In this document: positions 46,174-54,836 of the stretch, in pieces
Numbering within the stretch: position 1 is the stretch's first letter
Layout: every line of letters begins with the position of its first letter
Virus record (IMG/VR): IMGVR_UViG_3300024988_000006
DNA: 54,836 nt
Source: a virus
Strand: one strand, 5' to 3'
Made by a program: the position numbers and the translations under genes
The notes under the pieces: model-generated
What the model saw: only the letters and a program-made list of their open reading frames with translations
Told to the model about the DNA's origin: nothing
The model's database searches: none

Positions 46174-46389
46174 ATGTTATCATACAATCACACTCAAGTC
46201 GTACCAGCAACCGTGTGGACGGTCGTTCACAATTTTGGCACAAGTGCTGTAGCAACAGATGCGATTATAGTGACCGGAGGCAACCAAGAGAAAATTTTAC
46301 CTGCAAACGTCGTTATGACAGATAGCAATACTTTAACCATCATATTTTCTACCAATCAAACTGGTACCGCTCGTGTGGTTAGTGGCTAA
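46174..46389 (+). CDS. single W-x-V-x-HN domain protein
   Basis: YNHTQVVPATVWTVVHNFG; AGGAG RBS. Confidence 0.72.
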   Translation: MLSYNHTQVVPATVWTVVHNFGTSAVATDAIIVTGGNQEKILPANVVMTDSNTLTIIFSTNQTGTARVVSG

Positions 46390-46414
46390 GGGTTTCAAAC
46401 CTTCCATATAAGCT

Positions 46415-46422
46415 CATAAATA
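46415..46422 (+). promoter_or_regulatory. late promoter box
   Basis: CATAAATA before ATG 46449. Confidence 0.65.
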
Positions 46423-46448
46423 TATAAAACATATTCGGAGAACCCACA

Positions 46449-47561
46449 ATGAACCAAAATTTACCACTTGAAGTTAAAGGTCATGTAAAAATTGTTGATG
46501 ATTTAGGCAACGTTTTACTTGATAAAGATAATGCCGTCCACCCTCAAAATATGGGTCGCATCATTGCGCGCGCATTAGCCCGCGAAGATAACTACTACAT
46601 TCACAGAATGGCGTTTGGTAATGGTGGTACCATAGTCGACGCAGCATTTCAAATCACCTATCGCACACCAAATGATGGTCAATCACCTGACACTGCGGCG
46701 TGGCGTTCTGCTCTTTACAACGAAACGTATTCTGAAATTATCGATGAGTCCAATACATCTGTTGGCGTAGATCCATTTGCTCCTGGTGCATCTTCGCCTT
46801 CGCACGATCCAGCGGGCGTTGTTGGGGTTCGTAGTAGTAAAAATTCAGCAAACGCTCTCCAGTCGATTGTGACTATTAATGTCACACTCAATCCATATGA
46901 ACCTGTAGGGCAGAATGCAACTGATTTAACACAAACCAACACCGAGAGTAACTTTACTTTCGACGAAATTGGTCTTTATACAACTGGTGCTGCTCATCAA
47001 GCAACAGCTGGTTATCAGGATGTTAATGTTGGAGGCAGAATCGCTACAGACGATACAGGCCTTGCACAAAATACCGATTACAACTTTGGTATCATTGTTA
47101 ACGGTGGTGGTGTTCAAAACTTCACCATTAATACCGGCGTGGGATCGGGCGTCTCGGGACAAATTCTTTATGGCGATCTTGTAAACATCCTTAATTCGGG
47201 CACAACCAATATGGTTGGTGCAACAGCTCTTATTGATGATCCAGCAAATCCAAACATTATCACATACGGTATGCTTCGTTTCCTAAACAACAACGTCGCT
47301 ACAACTATTCAGCCATCCACAATCCAGATCGTTGATGGTTCTGCTGATCCACAATGGTTGTTCAGCGCACTTAATGTTTTCAGCAATCTTGAAAACGCCA
47401 TTGATGGTCAGTTAGAAGGTGATGAAGATAATGCTGTTGACCCAACACGTGAAGGTGAACGGTTGTTAACACATCTTATTTTCAGCCCTGTGTTGAAGAG
47501 TGCTAACCGCACACTATCAATCATCTACACTCTCACAATTTCTGTTGCAAGAAGTGTTTAA
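46449..47561 (+). CDS. virion structural protein (baseplate/tail-associated)
   Basis: VKGHVKI...NAVH, MAFGNGG, FDEIGL and LTHLIFSPVLKSANR blocks typical of large-myophage structural proteins. Confidence 0.72.
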   Translation: MNQNLPLEVKGHVKIVDDLGNVLLDKDNAVHPQNMGRIIARALAREDNYYIHRMAFGNGGTIVDAAFQITYRTPNDGQSPDTAAWRSALYNETYSEIIDESNTSVGVDPFAPGASSPSHDPAGVVGVRSSKNSANALQSIVTINVTLNPYEPVGQNATDLTQTNTESNFTFDEIGLYTTGAAHQATAGYQDVNVGGRIATDDTGLAQNTDYNFGIIVNGGGVQNFTINTGVGSGVSGQILYGDLVNILNSGTTNMVGATALIDDPANPNIITYGMLRFLNNNVATTIQPSTIQIVDGSADPQWLFSALNVFSNLENAIDGQLEGDEDNAVDPTREGERLLTHLIFSPVLKSANRTLSIIYTLTISVARSV

Positions 47562-47574
47562 ATAACAGTAAATG

Positions 47575-47641
47575 AAAAATCCCACTTCGGTGGGATTTTT
47601 ATTTGTGTGACAATAAAAAGGAGGCTAACGCCTCCTTTTAT
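47575..47641. terminator. tandem terminators between convergent genes
   Basis: AAAAATCCCAC-TTCG-GTGGGATTTTT and AAAAGGAGGC-TAAC-GCCTCCTTTT. Confidence 0.85.
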
Positions 47642-48042
47642 TACTTCTTACCGCGTGGGGCAGGTGCTGCTGTTTCTTCTGCTACGCTGTCAGGAACAAC
47701 GTGCTGAACTGGAACACCAACTCGGCCAGTACCAAACGGAACTGTAACACCAGATGCAGTACGGACTTTAACAAGTTGGTTAAAGTAAAGCAGAGCATTG
47801 ATACCATTACCAAGTGTAATTTGACTCATAAGGTCCCAAAGTTCATAAAGACTTGCATTGCGGTTCATAACAATATTACGAAGGCGCTGTTTGTCGATCA
47901 TGTCCAAAGTTTGAATTGGGAAGTAATATACGTCACCAGTAGGAAGACGTTTAAGAATGGCACACTCTGTAAGTACACCATCTTCAAGTTCTAACCACTC
48001 GATGTGGTCACCAAATTTTCCTTTAATTGCTTGTGTTGCCAT
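47641..48042 (-). CDS. conserved hypothetical phage protein
   Basis: AAGGAG RBS; minus-strand TCTAAATA at 48085-48092. Confidence 0.72.
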   Translation of the reverse strand: MATQAIKGKFGDHIEWLELEDGVLTECAILKRLPTGDVYYFPIQTLDMIDKQRLRNIVMNRNASLYELWDLMSQITLGNGINALLYFNQLVKVRTASGVTVPFGTGRVGVPVQHVVPDSVAEETAAPAPRGKK

Positions 48043-48120
48043 GTTAAATCTCCTTTAAAAACACGTTAATTGGTTAGGTGTTAATATTTAGAATATTAAA
48101 AAACGGGGGTACCAATCGTT

Positions 48121-48963
48121 TTACACGGGAGTGGCTAGGGCTACCAATGCAGTTGGGTCTATATTATTTTGATTTATAATAGCTCCATGTATCGACTGTA
48201 CACACGGATTTGCAATATTTAGAGAATTCAAAAAGGAAAAATTTATCAAATTTCCTAATGCAGATGCAATTACAGCAGCTTCTTCTGCAATTTTAGTTGC
48301 GAAGGCGGCAATAGCAGTTTCAATGGAGGATACTACATCTCCAATGATACTAGTGATGCCTCCCAAGGCACTACCTATTGTGGATAAAATAGAACTACCA
48401 AACGGACCAGCAATCGCGGCAAAAACGTCCTTAACAGTTGATATTACACTACCTATTATAGTGCTAATTGTTCCAAATAAGGGAGAAAGTAGTGTGCTGA
48501 ACATATCATAAATGGCGGTTGCCACACCACCTATAAAACTTCCAACTTCTTTTAGAGTTTGAAAAGCTAAGGACATTAAATTATCACAATCATTTGTAAC
48601 AACAGGTGCTGGTTGTCCCGCTAAGGTGGCATCGATTGCAGTTATGCGTTGATTTGTTTGTGATGCAGCATTCATCAGCGGCAAATCAGTTCCGATGCTA
48701 GATATTTTAGTAGACATGTGAGATTGTATTGTCGTAATTAGTCCCCCCGATGGGTAGGTTGGGTCATTAGTTGCGGCGTCAAAGCAAGATAAATCAAGTG
48801 GGTTTGCAAGAGGATCAAAATCGGGGGATGAAGTGTACATGCTGGATATAGACGACTTGATTAGTTGTAGTTCGCTGCAACCGGGCGCTGAAGGATCCAC
48901 AAACAACGAATTTGGATCAGATATTGGCAGAGTTGCTGCCGTTAGCATATTACTTACCGACAT
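48121..48963 (-). CDS. hydrophobic/amphipathic protein downstream of PAAR
   Basis: AAGGA RBS; long G/S/I/A-rich amphipathic helical region. Confidence 0.68.
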   Translation of the reverse strand: MSVSNMLTAATLPISDPNSLFVDPSAPGCSELQLIKSSISSMYTSSPDFDPLANPLDLSCFDAATNDPTYPSGGLITTIQSHMSTKISSIGTDLPLMNAASQTNQRITAIDATLAGQPAPVVTNDCDNLMSLAFQTLKEVGSFIGGVATAIYDMFSTLLSPLFGTISTIIGSVISTVKDVFAAIAGPFGSSILSTIGSALGGITSIIGDVVSSIETAIAAFATKIAEEAAVIASALGNLINFSFLNSLNIANPCVQSIHGAIINQNNIDPTALVALATPV

Positions 48964-48973
48964 AATTATTCCT

Positions 48974-49270
48974 TTAATTTACTATAACATTTGGTGAACC
49001 AGATACAACAACATACGGTCCACAATTTGTACCAGCATCACCAACTCGGTGAGCAGCTGAATTTTCATGGAACACATTTGGTGAACCTGTAAGAGCGATG
49101 GTTGGATGACCACAACTTGCTATACCAACTGTACCTACAATACAGGACGTCAAGTTGTTTGTTGATACGCTTTCCGCCCCGCTAGCAAAAACGGTTACAT
49201 ATGGTACTGGTGTGATGTGACACGGACAAACACCAACTCCTATATCACCAACTCTACTTTGTGCTGGCAT
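48974..49270 (-). CDS. PAAR-like spike tip protein (gp5.4-like)
   Basis: SRVGD...CPCH, SCGH...GS-x-x-V, HRVGD...CG...SGSPNV. Confidence 0.9.
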   Translation of the reverse strand: MPAQSRVGDIGVGVCPCHITPVPYVTVFASGAESVSTNNLTSCIVGTVGIASCGHPTIALTGSPNVFHENSAAHRVGDAGTNCGPYVVVSGSPNVIVN

Positions 49271-49297
49271 AATTTTCCCCTTTAATTACTCATTTTT

Positions 49298-49313
49298 GAT
49301 AAATATATTTATA
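49298..49313. promoter_or_regulatory. paired late promoter boxes on opposite strands
   Basis: GATAAATA (+, 49298-49305) and TATAAATA (-, 49306-49313) within the palindrome ATAAATATATTTAT. Confidence 0.68.
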
Positions 49314-49336
49314 GCACAAATAAGAGGTTGCACATC

Positions 49337-49744
49337 ATGTCATCATTTTTCAAAAAATTCAATTTGCTTACACTACGCGATTGGGCATTATTCGTTGCTG
49401 AAGTAGCAGATGCTTGGCGTCTCGCTCCAAGAACCTCCATATCTGCATATGCTTATCTGTTGTGGTATACAATTGAATGGTTTATGAAGTTGCCTAACCC
49501 TACCACACAACAAACAACGCTTGTGTCAATTGTTGCTGGCCTTGCTGCCGTAATATTTGCTTTCTACGTTAATACTGGTCGCAAATGGAATTCAACACCA
49601 GATTATGTGTCAAAAGATACGTCAGAACAAGAAAGCAATATGGATAAGGACGCAACTCTTAAAATAATCAACGATAAAGTTGACCAACTATCAGCACAAA
49701 TTACACAATCCGTTGCTGATAGTATTCCGTCCAACGAAAGATGA
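49337..49744 (+). CDS. late membrane protein, holin-like candidate
   Basis: Two hydrophobic helices with W-R-x-x-PR and FY-x-x-TG, charged tail; late box upstream. Confidence 0.55.
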   Translation: MSSFFKKFNLLTLRDWALFVAEVADAWRLAPRTSISAYAYLLWYTIEWFMKLPNPTTQQTTLVSIVAGLAAVIFAFYVNTGRKWNSTPDYVSKDTSEQESNMDKDATLKIINDKVDQLSAQITQSVADSIPSNER

Positions 49745-50665
49745 TTAACGGCTTAACAGCGGAATAAAGTTTTCCAACTGTTTTGCCACGTTTTTGAGTT
49801 CATATTTACCCAAAAATCGCAAAAAGTGAAAATGTGAGTATTTTCCACAGTTTTCTATCTCGTGTTCAATCACTTTCTCAATTCGTTTCTTGATTACTTC
49901 TGGTTGTGCCGACAAATCCATTAGCATTCGATTCTCTTCGTACAAATCACCAACCGTAAAAGTCTTCGATTCTTGGTTTGTCCACGTTTCTCTCATCAAA
50001 TTAATTCGTTTAAACGTGTCTGTATAAGCTTCATCTATCTTTGTTTTTCTAACACGTGGATAGGCGGCCTGAACGTTGTCTCCAACGTCCCCTCGAATAC
50101 ACTTCTCAAACAAAAAGTATTCGGCATCACCGTTCCAGTCATCAAGTGTCCTATCCTTCCCTGTTGTTGGGTCTATAATACGTACGTTAGAATATTTCAA
50201 CAATTGCATCATATCCTTATCCGCAGTAACAACCACAACTTCGGTATCTGGAACGTCACCATGCAGTTGGCAAAAACCTGCTATTAAATCATCAGCCTCC
50301 AAACCATCTCCAGCCAGACACGCAATTGCTGTATGTTCACGCATTAATTGTTCGAAATCGTTGATAAAGCCCTTAAAAGCTTCGTAACGTTGTTTTTGAC
50401 TTGGAGTCATGTTCTGGCGGCGCTGGCCTTTGTACAGTTTGCCGGAAATACACAGTTCTGATTGGGTATAAGTTTTGCGCCAGTTACCTCTATCAAACGC
50501 AAAAATAGCCTTTGTGGGATTGATCATCTTGTGATATTTGTTGAGCGTTTGCAACGATGCATGATACGCCAACGGAATCAATTCATCGGTTGGTGTTTTT
50601 GCATGAACATAGAACGTTTTGTGTAAAACGTTACTCATGTCGATTAATAGGAAAACGTTTTTCAT
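49745..50665 (-). CDS. rnh: T4 RNase H-like 5'-3' exonuclease / flap nuclease
   Basis: LIDMSN, FD...WRK...YK-x-x-R, EADDLIA, TADKDMMQL and GD-x-GDNV. Confidence 0.88.
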   Translation of the reverse strand: MKNVFLLIDMSNVLHKTFYVHAKTPTDELIPLAYHASLQTLNKYHKMINPTKAIFAFDRGNWRKTYTQSELCISGKLYKGQRRQNMTPSQKQRYEAFKGFINDFEQLMREHTAIACLAGDGLEADDLIAGFCQLHGDVPDTEVVVVTADKDMMQLLKYSNVRIIDPTTGKDRTLDDWNGDAEYFLFEKCIRGDVGDNVQAAYPRVRKTKIDEAYTDTFKRINLMRETWTNQESKTFTVGDLYEENRMLMDLSAQPEVIKKRIEKVIEHEIENCGKYSHFHFLRFLGKYELKNVAKQLENFIPLLSR

Positions 50666-50668
50666 GAT

Positions 50669-50932
50669 TTAAACAACGACTTCCCAATCTTCGGCGAGCA
50701 TGTCACTCTGAGAACAAACCCAAGGAACGACGCGGTCATCGGCCGTCTTCATGTCCACATGTGGTTGATAATTGATTTCGGTTCCTGTGGGGTAGATGCC
50801 CAAAAGGGGAGGACGATTTACCTGAAAAGTGCTACCTGGCACAAGAAATACAAACATTCCTTTACCGTTCCAACCTGAGCGTGCTACCTTCTTACCTTCT
50901 TTGAGTGCTGCTACTGCTTGTCCAAAATCCAT
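50669..50932 (-). CDS. tad2: DUF2829 / Tad2-like anti-defence signalling-nucleotide sponge
   Basis: MDFGQAVAALKEGKKVARSGWNGKGMF...VPW-x-x-SQSDMLAEDW is the DUF2829 signature. Confidence 0.82.
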   Translation of the reverse strand: MDFGQAVAALKEGKKVARSGWNGKGMFVFLVPGSTFQVNRPPLLGIYPTGTEINYQPHVDMKTADDRVVPWVCSQSDMLAEDWEVVV

Positions 50933-50944
50933 TATTATTTTCCT

Positions 50945-51226
50945 TTATTCGTAGTCTGTTGTTTGATTTTCCTTCATCCGCTCAATTAGATGTTGGTACA
51001 AATGTGCAATCCATTTCTGTACAATTGCTTCTTCTGTGGTGCCTGTGTAACCATTTTTCCTTAGATGTTCAACAAAAGCAGCATTCCAATCAAGTTCGAT
51101 CTTAATACCTTTTGTTGGGTCAACTTGTTCACCAACAATTTCTACCCACGGATTATTGCTGTTTTTTTCTTTTATTTGCTGTTTATCTGTTGTTTCTTTT
51201 CTGAACGATTTTAAAAAACCAAACAT
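50945..51226 (-). CDS. conserved hypothetical protein
   Basis: PWV...ELDWN-x-x-F...L-x-x-x-GY-x-G...EE-x-IV-x-x-W pattern seen in T4-like phages. Confidence 0.7.
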   Translation of the reverse strand: MFGFLKSFRKETTDKQQIKEKNSNNPWVEIVGEQVDPTKGIKIELDWNAAFVEHLRKNGYTGTTEEAIVQKWIAHLYQHLIERMKENQTTDYE

Positions 51227-51229
51227 AAT

Positions 51230-51502
51230 TTATCCCTTTACATCAACCCTAATGTGGTCAATATTATTGTTGCTATCACGTTCTATTATCCACACATACT
51301 CTGGTGGTGTTGTGTGGCTAGGCACTGGCTCAAAAAATTGTGAATATCCAACATACACAATGACATCATTTACTGTGTCGTGCACTGTGTCCACAACAAG
51401 AACGTATTTCATTATTGCTAATACTTCTGATGGGTGTTGTTGTATCAACGTAATTGGCATCGTAAAGGACCCAATGCGTCGAGAAGTCACAATATTTTCC
51501 AT
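51230..51502 (-). CDS. hypothetical protein
   Basis: ATG 51502 follows AAGGG; fills the operon. Confidence 0.6.
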   Translation of the reverse strand: MENIVTSRRIGSFTMPITLIQQHPSEVLAIMKYVLVVDTVHDTVNDVIVYVGYSQFFEPVPSHTTPPEYVWIIERDSNNNIDHIRVDVKG

Positions 51503-51512
51503 ATTTATACCC

Positions 51513-52217
51513 TTAAACTCGAGGCAGAACGTATATGTCCAAATCATTCACGCTGATTTTTAGTGTGCCTTTTTGACCAACATAAAAGCACCCATCAGGA
51601 TTTTGTTTAAACAAAGCCAGTAGAGTTTTTACAGGATAACGATTAACGAAACTAACATCCGTTGTGTCTCCAACTGGCTCTGCTGATGTGGTGAAAATGT
51701 TAGAGAAAACATCATTGTTACTATCCGCCAACTCGAATGCAACGCCGCTTTCGTTGCTGATAATTGTTACAGTGTCAGCTCCCATTGCTGTTTGACCACG
51801 AGCGAGTAGAGCCACAGCTTCTGCATTTAATGGAACGCGATATTTTGCAACATCATTTACTTGTTTTGGCGCGGAAATTGTTGCGATGTTTGCACATCTA
51901 TAGTCAACTTTAATACCACTAGCTTTCATATTTAACGATACAATTTGTTCGTCTCGGTCAGATTGTACTGGTGTAACTTCAAATCCTTCACGATTCTCCA
52001 CAAGAGACAAACGATCTGTGAACACATTAATGCGATTGATACCCAATGAGCTAAATGGTAATTGTGGGATATTGTTGGTTTGACAAATAACAACTGTTTT
52101 GTCTTCATCCATTGCTCTCACAACAGATTGTTCGATGATGATTCCATCAATGCCGATGGATGATGCTGTTTTAACTACGTTTTTGATGTAGTTAATAATA
52201 GGTGCTTCTAATTTCAT
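51513..52217 (-). CDS. DNA sliding clamp (gp45/PCNA-like)
   Basis: 234 aa with an alternating beta/alpha two-domain pattern and C-terminal G-x-L-x-I-x-V...YVLP; lies in the polymerase operon. Confidence 0.68.
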   Translation of the reverse strand: MKLEAPIINYIKNVVKTASSIGIDGIIIEQSVVRAMDEDKTVVICQTNNIPQLPFSSLGINRINVFTDRLSLVENREGFEVTPVQSDRDEQIVSLNMKASGIKVDYRCANIATISAPKQVNDVAKYRVPLNAEAVALLARGQTAMGADTVTIISNESGVAFELADSNNDVFSNIFTTSAEPVGDTTDVSFVNRYPVKTLLALFKQNPDGCFYVGQKGTLKISVNDLDIYVLPRV

Positions 52218-52265
52218 TATTATTATCTCCTGTTAAGGCTTTTCTATTATATTACGGATTGACTT

Positions 52266-52670
52266 TTAAAAAGTCAACAACTCTTTTGTCATTAACATTT
52301 GTTCCGGTTGCTGATTATCCGCTATTTCCTGGATGATAACATTCGAATGCATCATCAACCATGCCGCTGCAATGTGACGATGACAAAAATCTGTTGATTT
52401 TTCATAACACAATAAAATGCTATTGTTTGGTATGTTTTTAACCAGATTTGTTACATTGATATTACGAGATTTGAGTATTTCCAAATATGCTCCTGTATAT
52501 TCACGTTCGGTTAATATCCCCGCTTTATAGGCTATGACAATATCCCACGTGGGGGCGAGTTCGCGCAAATATGAACCTACGTACCACGGTGGTGGGCGAA
52601 CACTTATAGCGAATGCCCGGGGATCTTTACCAAATCTGGCATAATTGGATGTAAATAACATCTTGGTCAT
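52266..52670 (-). CDS. DUF488-family protein
   Basis: FTSNYA, IS-x-x-PP-x-W, LAP-x-W and LLCYE...FCHRH. Confidence 0.78.
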   Translation of the reverse strand: MTKMLFTSNYARFGKDPRAFAISVRPPPWYVGSYLRELAPTWDIVIAYKAGILTEREYTGAYLEILKSRNINVTNLVKNIPNNSILLCYEKSTDFCHRHIAAAWLMMHSNVIIQEIADNQQPEQMLMTKELLTF

Positions 52671-52671
52671 A

Positions 52672-54836
52672 CTAGAAACTCAATATATCATTTGTCAAGA
52701 CCGTTTGTCTTGTTGGGACTTCTTGTTTAATCGCTTTGAAAATATGTGATAGGTTATTGTCAATTAGTTTTTCTGCATGCAGTGCTCTATCTACCACATA
52801 ATTTTCTGTGAACCAATGCGGAATAATTTCAATATCGGTAGGTAGTGCAATAGACTTGAACTTACCATACGTTTTATTCAAATAAAATACTTTGATTTTG
52901 GTGTTTGAAATGATCATCGGACTTTCTTTGTCACCAAATTGCTCCAAACACTCATTATAATGTATGCTGGCCGCTACGTGACCCGGCAACCATGCATCAG
53001 CACCGTAAATTTTATACTGTTGGGTATAATCTTCAACCTTTTTCACACCTTTTGGTAAACCAATATCGAAAACATCCAAATCCTTCACCACACCATCTCT
53101 AAATTCAATAACATATTGTTCAACATCTGTCCATTTCTCGTTCGACAGAATCATCATGATGGTTTTTTCCAAAAACTTTTGAATCGGTTTCGGTGTGGTG
53201 GTCTTTTTCATTTCGAGACCCATTGTTTTTAGTTTATCAACAGAGTGTCCATCCAAATCAACAAGATGCAACACATAACGTTTTTTATCCACAAAAATAC
53301 CACGATCCGACACAACTTCACGACCCGATTTGATGATATCATCAAATCCTGGATTGCACAAAAATGCCTCCTGCATGAATTTTTGGAATGACTTGTTTAC
53401 CTTATCTGCCACCGTATCTGCAATCAAAATTGCTTCTTCTTTATTAGATGCGTGTGTTTTAAAGTATACCGAGTCCGTATCACCATAAATGACAGATTCC
53501 GCAGGGAATACACTTCCGTTTTTAACAAACGATTCCACATCCAACGGCGGATCGATGTTGTAATTACCATCCAACAATTCTGCAACTTTACGTACTTGAT
53601 GACGAAGAATTGCTCTGCCCGTACCCGTAGTGCTTTCACCCATACGCAGATCAAAGAATCTGAAATGATAATTGGTTAATGCACCATAAGCAGAGTTCAA
53701 TTTAATTTTGTACACATATTGAAGGCGGTCATAATAAGTTGATTTGTCCATCAACTCTTCATACAACTCCATATTACCGTCTTCTTTAGCTTTAATGGCC
53801 TGTTCATACATAACATTTTTTTGTTTTTGGTAATCTTTACGCTGCTTATACCAGTTAGCCAGAATTGTTGGAACGATACCTGGCTTATTTTGGTCAAATA
53901 CAGTGCCATATCCTGATACTGCCCACTTATGTGCTTTTAGAATTGTACGCCATTCGTCTGCAGTACGTTCTTCTGACTCACCTGTGTCGTATTCAAATAA
54001 TAACATAGCCATGGACCCTTTAGCAATCTCATCAGCAGCCTTAATTTTTTCCGCAAACTGCCCAATAAGAGTTTCTGGTGAAATGTTAATGCTTCGAATA
54101 CTCGATGGATACAGACTGTTGATGTCGATCGACCCAATCCAATCATGCATACCGATTTGAGGATATAAAACGTACGCCCCTTGAATAGAACCGTCTGGTT
54201 TTTCCCACCAATCTGGCACCTTAACATCAAGTTCGTAATGACAATAGTTAACAATTGCCAAGTCCGTCAGTTGTAACGTACCAAACACATGTTTAAATTG
54301 TGCTGTAGATGTATGACACATCACGTTTGCTAACGCCACATAACCCAACTTGTCCTCGAAACCACGAAGAATTTCTGTATCTCGAATGTTGTATCGAATA
54401 AAGTGGTTAAAATTATTCACATATAATGTTGCTAATGAGCCTTCATATTCCAACTTTGGCAAGTGTGGTAGAAATTCATCTGCAATGGCTTCCAACTTAT
54501 ACGAAGCACGTTGTGACATTTCGTACTTTTTGAATAGGTCCATATAATCAAGGTGAACTCGACCAGAAAGGTCGGCAGTATATTGAATATTCCCGAAAAC
54601 TTCAACTTCACGATACTTAGGTATTTCCGCACCCGGAAATGACATCTTGCGCAAGTAGCTTTTACCCAACTTCAGCTCAATACGTTTGCATATGTACGGA
54701 ATGTCGAAGAAATTACTGTTCCACCCACTCAATATATCAGAATCTTCAAATTCTGAGAGCATGTATATCAACAATTCCTTCTCGTCTTTACAAAATACAA
54801 CTTCGGATAACTCAAGCAACGATTTGTCAAACTCAC
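52672..54836 (-). CDS. family B DNA polymerase (gp43-like), 5' end outside the window
   Basis: ExoII GWNSNFFDIPY, ExoIII YNIRD, DINSLYPS, KIKLNSAYG, YGDTDS and KKRY; the frame stays open to the window edge. Confidence 0.95.
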   Translation of the reverse strand, partial: EFDKSLLELSEVVFCKDEKELLIYMLSEFEDSDILSGWNSNFFDIPYICKRIELKLGKSYLRKMSFPGAEIPKYREVEVFGNIQYTADLSGRVHLDYMDLFKKYEMSQRASYKLEAIADEFLPHLPKLEYEGSLATLYVNNFNHFIRYNIRDTEILRGFEDKLGYVALANVMCHTSTAQFKHVFGTLQLTDLAIVNYCHYELDVKVPDWWEKPDGSIQGAYVLYPQIGMHDWIGSIDINSLYPSSIRSINISPETLIGQFAEKIKAADEIAKGSMAMLLFEYDTGESEERTADEWRTILKAHKWAVSGYGTVFDQNKPGIVPTILANWYKQRKDYQKQKNVMYEQAIKAKEDGNMELYEELMDKSTYYDRLQYVYKIKLNSAYGALTNYHFRFFDLRMGESTTGTGRAILRHQVRKVAELLDGNYNIDPPLDVESFVKNGSVFPAESVIYGDTDSVYFKTHASNKEEAILIADTVADKVNKSFQKFMQEAFLCNPGFDDIIKSGREVVSDRGIFVDKKRYVLHLVDLDGHSVDKLKTMGLEMKKTTTPKPIQKFLEKTIMMILSNEKWTDVEQYVIEFRDGVVKDLDVFDIGLPKGVKKVEDYTQQYKIYGADAWLPGHVAASIHYNECLEQFGDKESPMIISNTKIKVFYLNKTYGKFKSIALPTDIEIIPHWFTENYVVDRALHAEKLIDNNLSHIFKAIKQEVPTRQTVLTNDILSF

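Noticed and set aside
41871-46389. Diversity-generating retroelement acting on the repeated fibre-tip domains
   Set aside because: No reverse transcriptase in the window and no near-identical template/variable repeat pair differing only at adenines.
1-54836. Stop-codon reassignment (alternative genetic code)
   Set aside because: Genes are full length and tightly packed in code 11; TAG, TGA and TAA all end genes at sensible places (for example the helicase and polymerase end in TAG).
1-54836. CRISPR or other regularly spaced DNA repeat array
   Set aside because: No repeat-spacer periodicity was seen by eye; intergenic gaps are short and the repeats found are protein-level.
8776-54836. Inteins in NrdA, the helicase or the polymerase
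   Set aside because: Lengths are normal and motifs contiguous, with no C...HN splice junction insertions in the visible parts.

Overview
A 54.8-kb slice of a large, AT-rich, T4-superfamily (jumbo-type) myophage genome in the standard genetic code, with very dense coding. Left part (1-14.2 kb): early/middle genes behind sigma70-type promoters. These include small membrane and hypothetical proteins, a metallophosphoesterase, a gp52-like type II topoisomerase subunit, CoaD-like PPAT, class Ia nrdA/nrdB with a free-standing GIY-YIG homing endonuclease between them, dCMP deaminase, an Rnl2-like RNA ligase, two NinX/DUF2591 paralogues and a GC-richer patch. Middle and right (14.2-49.7 kb): mostly late genes marked by T4-like (N)ATAAATA boxes. 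These include putative head-packaged proteins, a retropepsin-like protease, gp5-, gp25- and gp6-like baseplate proteins, a ~2750-aa structural protein, a fibre gene, a family of small 'W-x-I/V-x-H-N-L' domain proteins and PAAR, with the gp41 helicase and an exonuclease embedded among them. Right end (minus strand): family B DNA polymerase (5' end outside the window), DUF488, sliding clamp, a Tad2/DUF2829 anti-defence sponge and a T4 RNase H-like nuclease. The best candidates for something undescribed are a ~230-nt structured non-coding RNA at 14679-14911 and a late, probably virion-packaged ligase-fold nucleotidyltransferase at 20677-22191. All family calls come from motif recognition by eye; no database search was run.
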